From the NCBI GenBank assembly GCA_051530055.1, contig CM121342.1, positions 12,291,480-12,355,479 of the forward strand: a stretch of 64,000 nucleotides of DNA, given 5' to 3'. The notes beneath the pieces were generated by a model, which was not told the DNA's origin, did no database searches, and worked only from the letters and a program-made list of their open reading frames with translations. Below, one piece after another: positions 49,775-61,476 of this stretch (the stretch's first letter is position 1; each line of letters starts with the position of its first letter). The stretch comes from Neoechinorhynchus agilis (taxonomy: Eukaryota; Animalia; Acanthocephala). The position numbers and the translations under genes are program-made.

Positions 49775-52700
49775 TGTCGCAAGACCAATAATTGTATGTG
49801 GCCTTTGATAATAAATAAATAATAATTCGATACGGTATGCAAGCAGATCAATCGCAGTATGAGAACTCGACAAATGGCGACGAAGGTGGGATTAAAGAGC
49901 TGCATTAATCGAACAAAATAGGCTATTACAACAACAGATTTTTGAACGTACGAGAGATGTTCGATCGACATCATTGAATATAAGCACTAACATGTTTCGA
50001 CCATTTGATTCAGAATTAAAGACATGGCACAATTACATTAGACAGTTCGAACATCACTTGGAAGCTTAACGGATAAGCGCATATCGTTGTTTTAAGATAC
50101 GCGTTTAGCCAACGCAAAAAAAGCCAGACCAGTCACATGCGGAATGGATCGCAGAAGCACGAGGAATAGCAAACAGATGCAATTTCTTTTCAGAAGAGAT
50201 AAAGAACGAGAGATCGGCCATTGATGATCGTTTACGTGATCTAGTAATTGCTCATACACCAAGTCAACATTTACGGGTGCGAGCACTAGAGTTGGATGAT
50301 CCGTCGTTAATTCAAATTATGAAAATCGCAAAGACCATAGAAATGACCGGTAGAGCAATAGAACGAATGCAAACGGAGTAACGAGATAAAGTTAACCTGG
50401 AAAAAGTTGATGAGATCGAGTTTAGAAAAACAAATGGGTCAAAGATATTCAAATGTGGATACTGCGGTGGTCAGCGGCATGCAAAGCTATCGGATTGTTT
50501 TGCAAGGAAATTAAAATGTTACAATTGTGGCCGGTTGGGTCACATTCGACGATGCTGCCGCAGCAAGGGTAAAGTTTATTTGATGGAACCGAATTCACGT
50601 TCTCTGTTGACAATCGCCACACCCATCGGATATTTTCGATATTGCCGGCTTCCATTCGGGTTTCAGCAGCGCCGTTAATGTTCCAGCGCTACATAGAACA
50701 GCCGATTGCAGATATTTATGGCGTCGCTGTTTACCTAGATGATATAATAACCACTGGCAAGGATGATGCGAGTCATCTAAACAGATTGGAAGAAGTGTTA
50801 AAAAGGTTGCAGAAAGCTGGAATGCGAATAAGAGGAAATAAATGCATTTTTCTTCAACAAGAAGTATTTGATGGCGTCGCTGTTAACCTAGATAATATAA
50901 TAATCACTGGCAAGGATGTTTGGATAACAATTCAATTTGACCCAGTAACGAGAGGATCAAAGCGATTCAAAACATGAAAACACCAACGAATGCAGAACTC
51001 CGAGCATTTCTTGGATCGGTAAACTTTTTGCAGAAGTTCCTACCAAATATACAAGCCAAGTGTGCAGGTTTGTATAAACTGACGAGTTCGAAATGTGTAT
51101 GGGCATGGTTAGATGAGATGACAAACCAAATCAAAAAGATCAAGGATGCTTTGGCTGACGCCAGAGTAAATTGCAGGTTATTTGTGATGCATGTGAGCGA
51201 GGAGTCGGCGCTGTTCTACTACAAGAAGCACACAAAGAAATGTATCGACCAGTAGCGTATGCGTACAGAACATTGAAAGCCGCGGAGCAAAAATATGCTC
51301 AAATCGATAGAGAAGCACTCGCTCTGGTGCTCGGAGTCACCCAATTCAACATGTTTCTGGCCGGCCGTGAATTTGTGCTGAAAACTGACAATAAGCCACT
51401 GAATTATGTATTCGGCGATAAGAGAGATCTGCGAAAAGTAGTAAACCACCGATTAGTGCGTTGGGGATTGATACTTTCACAGTACAAATACGTCTTGGAA
51501 CATATAAAAGGACAGGAGAATAACATGGCGGATGTACTCTCGCGGCTCTCGTGTGAAGAAACCGAGGATGAATCTGTGCTTGATGAGGTAAACGATAGCT
51601 CAATCAAACTCATACAAGATGAAAGAGCAGATTTCTTGGAATTAACCGTAGAAAGGATAAAGGTGGAAACAGCTCAAGGCACGGTCCTACATCAAGTAAA
51701 GTCATTTGTAGAAAAAATTGGCTGTCGACGACACATGCCTCACTACAAGCTTACAGTAGTCGATACACGGAGCTCGCAACCGAAGACGGAATCGTGATGT
51801 GGAATACTAAAATCATAATCCCGAAAACACTCCAGCAAGATGCTTTGGGTGCATACACGCCGGACATCCAGGTATTACGTCGATGAAGGCATTAGCCCGT
51901 TATTTTGTGTGGTGGCCGAACATCAATCAGGATATAGAGACGTTCGTTGGTCGGTGTGTTGATTGCCAAGAAAATGGGCTCAAAGAACCCGAACATCCAA
52001 TGTTCACTTACAACATCCCGAGTGAGCCGTGGACGCGAGTTCACGTGGATTTCGCTGGTCCATGCGATGAAGTATCATATTTAGTCATGATCTGTGCATT
52101 GACAAAGTGGGCAGAGGTAATCATGCTGCAACGCACTACGGCCGAATGTGTGATAAGGAGCATGAGGGAGGTTTTTGCTCAATTGCACATACCAGAGGAG
52201 CTGGTTTCTGATAATGGTCCGCCATTCACGTCAAATCAATTCCAGTCGTTTTTAAGAACCAACGGAATACGGCACAACCGCATCACACCCTATCACTCTC
52301 GGTCAAATGGATTGTTCCGCGATTGAAAGTACAACAATTTCCCTTATCATACAGAAACACGCCGCACAGCACAACAGGCAAATCCCCGGCGGTTATGCTG
52401 TATTAAAGGAGGCTGCCAACAATGTTGGATCAATTGAAACCAACATGTAAATCAACAATGTATCGAAAACAGTCAGAACAAAAAACGAGAGAATTTTTTT
52501 CCGAATGAGGTATGGCTAAAACGAAATGATGCAGCAAAATGGACTAAGGCACGAGTGTTGGATAGATCAAACTGGTCATCGTACAGAGTCCGAAATAACA
52601 CGGTCATCGTAAGGGTTCATAGTGATTAATTAAGGAGACGAGTAGCCACACCATCAGTTGACCATTCTAGCAATCAGAGAGAACAAGACGAGAAGAATCA

Positions 52701-53049
52701 AACAACAACACAGACCAGCGCATCCAACGAAGTTGAACAAAGAGATGTAGCAGACGTAGTGTCGAAATCGAAGTCGAGCGACAAAGAGAGAGGCGAAGGT
52801 GTCGAACCATTGTTGCGTCGCAGTCAAAGAGTTCGTAGACCCCCGAAAAGATTTCAGGATTTCATAATGAACTTAAAAAAAAATTGAGAAAGGGAGGAAT
52901 GTGACATACGTCACATGCGTTAAATTACAAGGTTGTGTGTGGTTGATATAAGTGCGTTTTTCGTTGGGCAGCAGCGTGTTGATTAATAAAATACACGTAC
53001 TATTCGATACGGTATGCAGGCAGATCAATCGCAGTATGAGGAATCGACA
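49775..53049 (+). mobile_element. Degenerate, internally deleted Ty3/Gypsy (Mag-like) LTR retrotransposon
   Basis: 5' LTR ~49775-49872 followed by PBS TGGCGACGAAGG (49875). Gag knuckles, RT YLDD, RNase H (DACERGVGAVL, DREALA, KTDNKPL) and integrase (VHVDFAGP, VSDNG). PPT 52886-52899 and 3' LTR 52900-53049. The LTRs share only their 3' ~45 bp closely. Confidence 0.88.
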
Positions 53050-53209
53050 AATCAAATTCACTCATTTCATCTACCTCAAAAGTCGACGTAGTCATCTTAA
53101 CAGAAACGTGGCTTACCCCCTTCAACAGCAATTCAGCAATCCTTCCCGGTTACTCTTCCATACATACCGCGAAGACCGTCCAGGAGGGGGTCTCAAATTA
53201 CTTCCAACT

Positions 53210-53823
53210 GTGGTAAGACGTCAGCGATACGCATAGTACGATCGATAGTGTGTAGTGCATATACTTTTGAACATTGTGGTTTGACACTTAGAAAAAAACA
53301 TAGAGTTAGTAAAAGCATGCCGGCATCAAGTGGCGACGAGGGTGGGATGTAGCTCAAGGACCTGGTGAAAGTGATGATGGCTCAAAAGAAGCAGCAGGGG
53401 GAAGTGATGACGCAGCTGTTAAAATTGATGGCCAACGAGAAAAAAAGCATAGAGGTAAGATCCATCCCAGTGTTCCATGGTTATAATAAAGAAAGCCAAG
53501 AGTGGAATGAATACGTCGAACAAGTAGAAGAGCATCTAAAATCCAATTGGCTTTATGAGGAAAAAAGTAAAAAATCGAGCATATTAGCATGGATGGGTGC
53601 TTAAGCCTTTAAGAATCTAAAGAAACTCACGGCAGCTCAGGATATGGAAACATTGTCTTTCAAAGAGATTGTCCAGCTACTGGCCAAGCATTATGAAAAT
53701 GAGAAACCAGAAATTATGGCACGATAGGAATTTAATTCGGTGCCTAAGCGGGACAATCAATCACACGCGGAATGAGATTCGACACGGTATGCAGGCAGAT
53801 CAATCGCAGTATGAGAACTCGAC
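53210..53823 (+). mobile_element. Second Gypsy 5' fragment (LTR-like sequence, PBS, gag start)
   Basis: PBS TGGCGACGAGG at 53331. Gag reads WNEYVEQVEEHL...ILAWMG...SFKEIVQLL. Ends in a third copy of the LTR 3' segment (~53778-53823). Confidence 0.75.
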
Positions 53824-53879
53824 AGGAAGGCGATCAGGAGCGCTAGGTTTGGGAGGCCGACAGTCGTGACATCGGATAA

Positions 53880-54357
53880 GGACCGTGCGTTTCTTGAGTT
53901 GCCGTTTATTGACGATTCCTCCTATCAGAGTTTATCCGGGTCTTATTGGCAGGCCACCAGTGCAAACGTACTCTCGTCTATTCCAAACGAAGGAAGAATC
54001 TTCATGGTCTGATCTGTCCGAGCAATCGTGAATGCCCAAGTGGTGCGGTATATAGAATACTTTGCTCGGATTGTGATCGATGCTGGGAGGAGGATGAGGG
54101 AACATCGCTATTCACTGAGGAAACAGGATACGAACTCCGCTTTGGTTTCCCACTCTCTGAATGCGGGCCATAAGATCGATATTAACGACGCATATTTGTT
54201 GGAACGCAATGACCATAAGGTTGAGCGTGTTATTGTCGAAGCCATGTTCATTCAGGCAGCCAATACGTTCGAGGGAAATAAGACAGATTATTCCCTAAGG
54301 TTGGTGATACCTCCCAATAAGACAATGAGGTTGCCTAATTCCTTTTTAGATAATTGA
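53880..54357 (+). mobile_element. Penelope-like GIY-YIG endonuclease 3' remnant
   Basis: GAVYRILCSDC, then RMREHRYS...NSALVSHS...GHKID...ERVIVEAMFI. Confidence 0.8.
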
Positions 54358-54396
54358 CTGAAGAAGTCCAGTGTGATTGGACGAAATATTTCAATT
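54352..54396 (+). ncRNA. Minimal type-I hammerhead ribozyme motif directly 3' of the PLE ORF
   Basis: AAUUGA-CUGAAGA-A-GUCCA-GUGUGAU-UGGAC-GAA-AUAU-U-UCAAUU: 6-bp stem I, 5-bp stem II, palindromic stem III. Confidence 0.8.
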
Positions 54397-54489
54397 AAAG
54401 TGATTCTTGGATATAATTTTTTCCCCCGCTTCCACATGTGTTAACGAAGTGTTACGCAGTGCGAAGATTACAAGGTTAAATAAAGGGAC

Positions 54490-54740
54490 CTGAGTCGAAA
54501 TCATTATTTTGTTCCTTTTGGCGTTGAGAAACTCGCGTCGTTTGGTACTGCGGCGCACGACCTGGTCAAGCAATTGTACAAGAGATTGAGACAAATGACT
54601 GGCGATCCGCGATCAGGAGCATTCCTCCTACAAAACATAAGTCCGGCTGTGCAACGGCGAAACGCTGCATCCGTCCTTTCGTCCGTTACACCAGGACGGC
54701 AGCTGAGTGATCCAGAGCGGTGGTGTGAATGGTCTAACAC
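54490..54740 (+). mobile_element. CRE 3' fragment (a different subfamily; small copy at ~58150-58200)
   Basis: FVPFGVEKL...GDPRSGAFLLQNISPAVQRRNAASV. Confidence 0.82.
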
Positions 54741-54839
54741 TATCTATTTTGTTTTTCACGTCGAAAGTACGCTTAGAGCTAATAAAGATTGTATATTCTT
54801 CATAGAATTTTTTGGAAATTAAACTTTTATTTGTAGAAC

Positions 54840-55330
54840 ATAATAAAGTACAAAACGTGCAATCACCACCGTCCGTAAAATTGGAGCTTCTCTCCTTCCT
54901 CGGCTGTCGCTATCACGCTAGCAGCATTGCCTCGTTGTACTGCAAGCGTGATATTTTGTCGCAGGAATACACCTGCTCGTGCGTCGCCGGTAGTTTCTCT
55001 CAATTTCTTCGAGAGATCCTGGAGCAGAGTGAGTGCCGAGCTGCCAAGCGTTCCATACGTGTCTACTCCGAAGGGGACAAAATAGTGGGCCCTTGCTAAT
55101 TCTCTATATTTTCGGGGAGGAGGTGGAATTTCAAAACTGTCACTACTGCATGGGTGTTTTGACCTGAGTATTTGTAGTGTCGCGTTGTCTCCTTTTGCAA
55201 AACTGTCGGAAGATGATAATAACCGAACAGCCCCCTGAACATCTTCGTCCGCAAGCTTCGAAGAGACAGGTTCAGTAAGGGATCGCTTTGAAAAACGGCA
55301 ACGAAACCCTTCCTTCGTGCGTCCCTTACG
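54840..55330 (-). mobile_element. Internally deleted CRE element
   Basis: SKLADEDVQGAVRLL...KHP is joined directly to RKYRELARAHYFVPFGVDTYG...QRGNAASV. The 3' end matches 30100-30260. Confidence 0.82.
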
Positions 55331-57700
55331 AACCTCGCGAAATTTCATTTCGAAATTGTTAAATATTTTTTCGAAGGAGGCCACCCTTTCGCTAACTAAA
55401 CGGAAAAAGGCCACGTTGAGTGAAGAGATGTGATAGGATTTGCGGAGCGCATTAATAGGACCGAATGACCATATAAGGATATCATGACCTAAAAGGTCAA
55501 AAAGAGACACCTGCCGATCCAATTGAGTTGAAAAGTTCAGATATCTCTTAAAAATGATTAGATCCAGGAACGAGTATGTATTTGAGGCGAGATTGTGGAA
55601 AGAGGGAGTATTGGGGAAGGTTAGAGAATAAAGGGGTTTGACTGCGTTAACAATAGCTCTGGACCATTTTAATGATGGATCGTTAAAATCCCCCACAACA
55701 AAATCGTTATAGGCTTATGTATGGTCGATGAATAAAACCCGGTCTAATGTACAAATTTACAATCGAGAGGTAATTCCGATTAAGGAGAATTTTAAAAAGG
55801 GAGTACGACATTTCCGGTGAAGTGTAAGAAGATATAAGTTTGGGATTTAAAGAGGAATGAAAAATTGAAATAAGACCTTGTGAGGCGGGACTGAATGGGG
55901 CAGTAATAAAAGACAAGAACATTGAACAGTTAAGATGAGGTATATAGTTATAGAGTTGGTGTAGAGTATAAATACTTTTCGTTTTCTGCAGAAAGATGAT
56001 GGAAACTCCTGGTATGAAACGAGCGAGCTTAGTAAGATTAGTCGCCCCTCCATAATTCCATTGTAACACTCGAAGATCCCCCATCATTACCTGTGCCTTC
56101 GGATTATCAGAAATTTCTGGCGGTATCATCTGATATTAGGGCCGCAGTTCCGTTGTTAATAAGCGAAGCCTGAGTGTTAATGATCCTGGTAACATATTCT
56201 ATGTCGGTTTCTTCGACCTCCATGAAGACGTCCTCATTATCGGAGTGGGTTACACTCGAGCCAACATTGAATTTCTTGGCCGCTTGAGAGTTCGTCTCAG
56301 TCGCATTTGCTCTTTTAAGCTTTGTGCCACGTTGTCTAGGCAAACTCGATGAGATTAAGTCAGGGAGATTTACCAAATTCCCAATGAGTGTGCTCAATTT
56401 CTTCTCAAAAAATATGATGGCCTCAGTGAAGCGCGCCTGCATGACTGTTAGAAGTTTGTTGCAGGACTCCTCTAAACGTTTTTCCAGAATTTCCATGGTA
56501 ACTAATTGCGATGGGGCAAGCAATGCGAGTCATTAGAGTCCGTGTTCTTCAAGGTTGTATCCTTTGAGAAGGAGGCTGCTCGAGGAGGAGGCACTACGAA
56601 CGGACTTGCTGAGACAGCCGGTTTCCGCACGACGCTAGCGCCTGTATTAACAATGGACTGTCTTTTTTGAGCACATGCCCAGTGCTTCTTGAATTCAAGA
56701 CATTCATTGTAGAATACAGAGTTTTGTCCATTGCAGTTGACACATCTTTTGACTGACTTGCTTGGGCAATTTTGAGCAGAATGACCTGTCTCGGCACAAT
56801 AACATTTCGGGGTTTCCGAATTAGGACATTGTTTAGCCCAGTGACCCCATATGTGGCATAGGTTGCAATGAGGGAAAATACAGTCATCTTGATGACTCCC
56901 CGATTTATGTGTGAAGCGAATCGCAAAACAATTAAAAGCACAATGCATTTTTCCACAAATGTCGTCTCTTACTTGCCTTGATCCTTCCACCATCGCTATC
57001 GAGATTGGAATGCCAGACCTTCTGGAGTTGAGGAAAAATTTGATCTTCACATTGAAGAGTTTTTCGAACTCTTCTTTGTCTTCAGCAACTAAGTTGGGCT
57101 GTAGACCGTTAGCCAGGAACTGTACCCTTTGAGTGATCGCTTCCACCGAGAAAACATCTCTAGGAAGCTTAGATTCAGCAAAATCATTTAGGTTGGATAA
57201 CCAAGCACTGTCCGTTAGGTAAACTCTTAGAATGCCTCCGAAATAAGTGATACGATCAATTCTTTTTATGCCATTTTTTTTGGTATGAACGCGTCCATTA
57301 AGCGACGCTTTGGTTGTAGATCACATCCTTAGGCAGTATCGGATTTGATTTGATCATGAGTATGTGTGGCCATCTCTTGACCGGAAAAACTAGGTACTCG
57401 TGTTGAGCTTGATTGAGGATGTCACCTGTTGGGGGATTTCTTGAATTTGAGACCCCTCCAACAGGAGCTGAGAAGTGGGATTCGATCCTGAATCAGTGAC
57501 TAATTGCTGTTTGTCGCGCTTCATATCTCCGAGAATACTACTCCGAACCTCCGGAGGTATAGGAATTCTCAGAGAAGTGGGTGGCCGTTTGCCACCCTCC
57601 GCCAAAACTTTGGTGCGCATTGTTTTTGATCGGTGATGAATTTGAGCTAAATCGCCCATTATTATATCTGGCGCCCAGCTAAGAACCAACCGCCATCACT
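55330..57700 (-). mobile_element. APE-type LINE 5' half (ORF1 with three CCHC knuckles plus endonuclease), same family as 12400-14200
   Basis: CNLCHIWGHWAKQC...CAETGHSAQNC...CVNCNGQN, then VLQWNYGG...IIFLQ...NLYIRP...MGDFND...FLDLI. Confidence 0.8.
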
Positions 57701-58455
57701 TAAAAAAATGTCATACTGTTCCAGACCACATATAAAGGTAACATAAAATTACGAAATGTTTAGATCAAGCATCATTAAAAAATCTTCAATTGTATTATTT
57801 GAATTACAAAATTCTCTTTTTAATTTCAAATAAAATCACCGGTTAGGGTACCATCTTGATGGAGATTTTGAGGCCTTCAGAGAAGGCTACGCATCCGTTT
57901 CCTTGTTTAATAAACTTGCGGAAGTGTACATGAGATACAGTTATCGGACTTAATTAATGTGGTAAGACCCAACTCTAGAAATGCAAAAATTACAGGGTCA
58001 TATTCGCTTATTTTAATTTTAAGATTATATTGCGGATTGCATTCACATGGTTAGATATGTTGTTATTTGGGTCGCTTGTCAACAAACGAGAGTAATCATT
58101 AAAGACGAATGAATATTTCGGGCTGTGGAACGCATCATCCGTCGATTCGACCGTTACACCAGGACGGCAGCTGGGTGATCCAGAGCGGTGGTGTGAATGA
58201 TTTCATGTCTGAAAAAAGAATTTATTTTTAAACGAAAGGTTCTTTGTCATCTACGATGAAAAACCCGAATTAACAATTATTTTTCGGTTTAAACTATTGA
58301 AAGCAACATGCCCAGAAAAGTAAAAATTCAAGAACTTTTATTGCGATAGTATCAAAAGTAAGTTATCAGATCGCTAGCCGTGTAAACTTAAAAATAATGA
58401 AAAAAATCACAAATAAAGTACAGTATGTCGATATATGAGGTACCGGGGAATATGA

Positions 58456-58561
58456 TTGGATTTATTGTTTAGGTCTATACCCGGTAAATGATTAATTATT
58501 AAAGTCGTTTCGAACCAATAAATAATCATTTATCGGGTATAGATCTAAACAATAATTCCAA
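58456..58561 (+). other. Long hairpin (~44-bp stem, 16-nt loop)
   Basis: TTGGATTTATTGTTTAGGTCTATACCCGGTAAATGATTAATTATT pairs with AATAAATAATCATTTATCGGGTATAGATCTAAACAATAATTCCAA, with 2 G-U pairs and 2 mismatches. Confidence 0.85.
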
Positions 58562-58879
58562 AGTACCGTATCTCTCTAATATTAAACACAATGTACCCTT
58601 AGGCCTTTGCGCAAATTTGACATAATGTATGAAATCTTTCCATGCTAATTGCTCATCCATTTTCTTCTAAACTCAATAGATTCAACCTGATTCTAATTTT
58701 TATCCGTTTTCCCTATATTTCGCATTCGGCCACATCTGATTCTGGGAAACGCTGGTCTGCGCTCAATGCCCCAATACCGTACGGTTACAAGTTTGTAGAT
58801 CCTCCGGCTTCTTAGATACCTCCAGGATGCGGCACTCATCAGCGAGTTTCCTCCCTTCAGCAGTATTTCGTCCCCTTTG

Positions 58880-59955
58880 GCCGTGCTTCATCGGCGGTAA
58901 CGTATTCGAACTCGTTGACCCTAACTGGAATCTGGAGCGTTAGTCCACTTGACCACCTAAGCGTTGGAGCAAGAGGGCGATGGACGCCAGGAATGGTGAA
59001 TTCTCTAAAGCCGTTTCTCAGAGGAGCTATGGAATGGACTGCGATGAATTCTATGTCGGGGTTTTGTAGAGAGCCTGTGCGAGATAAAGAGTAGGGTAGC
59101 GATTGCCGTACGTAAACTGAGCCCCCCTCCTGGACGGTCATCGCAGTATGTACGGAAAAGGAAGACTAGCCGTGAGCTGAAAGTGACGGGTTACATTGGG
59201 AAGATGAGTTCTGTGTTGAGTTTAGAGGGCCGGCGGAAAGATTTTTTGATGAGTTCTTATGTGGATAGATACGAAAAGAAAGTTGAGAAGGAGTTTGTAT
59301 CTCCTGTTAAGAAAGAGGGAGGCTACGAATAATGAAATAAAGGTTACTTTGAGGAGACATGGTCTCGGATTAAAGGGATTTTTGGAGGGAATACCCATAA
59401 CTGTTGGTGGGGGAGGAATAGTAGAGTGAATGTCGGGGAAAAGGAGTTGACCGATTCGAAGGATTTGTTGGCGGTTGTGTGCATCAGCTGCGACAGGATT
59501 TGAACCAAGAGCTTCCGGCATACAAGAAATAAGGTGCGATTTCTATCCTCGATGGTGGAGTGCATGATGCGAAGGGTCGAATTCAGAGCAACAATGGATG
59601 ATGGCCGGGGTGGGGAAGGCGTATCATTACCGAAATGAATCGAAGGGTTGATTGATTTTGATGGAGTTCCTCCTTTTGCTCTTGTTACTACTCGTCCAGA
59701 TGTTTCTTCGACCGTAGCTTTCTTAGTAGTTACTTCAGCCGAATCGCTTTTGCTTTTCCTATCGCTACCTTTTATCCCAGTCACAATATCATACTCCTCC
59801 ACAGCAATATTGGAATCATAAAGTACTACAGGCTGAATATCCTCTAAGGGTGGTACAAAGTCTTGGCGGTTGTGTGCATCAGCTGCGACAGGATCTGAAC
59901 CAAGGGCTTCCGGCATACAAGAAATAAATATGGTGCGATTTCTATCCTCGATGGA
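58880..59955 (-). mobile_element. Rearranged copy of the L2/CR1 ORF1-EN fragment (homologous to 33770-35250)
   Basis: Near-identical DNA (DIQPVVLYDSN...EDRNRT...PEALGS...RPCLLKVTF). A CRE 3'-end fragment abuts it at ~59955-60025. Confidence 0.85.
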
Positions 59956-61476
59956 CCTCCGGGAGCAAAATTGGAGCTTCTCTCCTTCCTCGGCTCTCGC
60001 TATCACGCTAGCAGCATTGCCTCATTGTTTCATGAATTTTGGATGCGTTGAAGAGCATTGATGTAAATCCTTAAAAGTCGTTCTGTGATCTTTAACATTC
60101 GTGAGACCGTGATATGACGACAGATCTAACCAATTCAGCTATCTCAGTCTTAGCTATCATGAGTGTGTCATAATGGACAAAAACTAGAAAATGGTAAGCT
60201 TAGTGATAAATTACTGGAACAATTATAGGAAGAAACCTTCATGTTGAGTGTTATTGTTTCGTTTCCTTCAAAATTATCAATCAACGTTTTTGAAGCTAAA
60301 GGGTTTGAAAGCGTAGAAGCCAAGTATCTTTTAGTCATTTCTTAGTGATTATTCAATGCAGAGATCGAGAAAAAATGATGCACAGTTGCTAAAATTCCTA
60401 CAAATAAAACGTGAAACAAGGAATCTAAACTGTTTGAACTTTACGTCTTAAAACTAATGCAGTACAGATGATAATTTGTACACGTATAGTTCAATTATCG
60501 GCGATATTTCCAACTGAAAAAAATATCGGCAAAACTTAAGAGTCCTTGCCTAGACTCCGCTCCCAATTACACATTTCAATTCTTCAAGCTAGTTAAACAA
60601 TTAAATTTTCAACCGGGTAAAAAAATAAAGCGTTATATTTTTAGGCGTGCTTACATTCGAGTCTTAAACGTGCTGTTTCAAAAAGCACATTTTGATAGAG
60701 GAATTTATATTTATTTGGCGAGTTGAGAGAACAACATTCGCGCATCGAACTGCAGCGTATTTATTTTTTAGGAATCGTAAACAGAAATCTTGATATTGAC
60801 TCAAACTTAGTAGCACAAGTAAATCAGTGTTTGTCCAAAAGTCTCGATGTTTTAATTAAGTTTCAATTATTCGTAGTAAACATGAACTCTAAACGTTACG
60901 TTTCTCTATTGCAAAAAGAGACGTTTCTCTGATATTTACGGCCCATTTTTTAAAGCATGTTATTTCTACTTTTTTGACTGTTATGAACTTTGCAAAAAAT
61001 TTAATCTATTTTTCGGTTGAACTTTTGTTTTCCATAATTATTTTAAGTAGTATTGTGATTTCATTTATTGACTCTCTTATGTGTCCGTGTCCGCCCACCC
61101 ATTTTCAAAGATTAAAAAGCAGCAACATATATTTTTTGAAATATTCGACAATTCACCATTAGTCTTTAATTAACTGGTTTTCCGTAGATAGATTAGAAAC
61201 CATTAAAAACGCTCGGACCAACAAAGGAGATCCATAATATGTAATTCAATGAAAGAGTAACAGATAAACCCGAACACAGAGGTAAACTGTGCAGTAATTA
61301 AGAATGAGCGAACGTCATCTTTTTTTGTTCAGAAACCATACTCAGAAACGGGACGCAACTTCAAATTCCGACACAAGTGCCAAATATACCAAAAACAACT
61401 GCGCCCAATAAAACACTCAAAAGCCGCGCGAAGTGTTGTAAATTTAAAACGTTCTGAGTAAAACAAACTTGGTTAC

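Noticed and set aside
58833-58845. Other CTGATGA/CTGACGA matches (4364, 33455, 51070, 58836 minus)
   Set aside because: No stem II followed by GAAA and no stem I. The first and third lie inside TE coding sequence.
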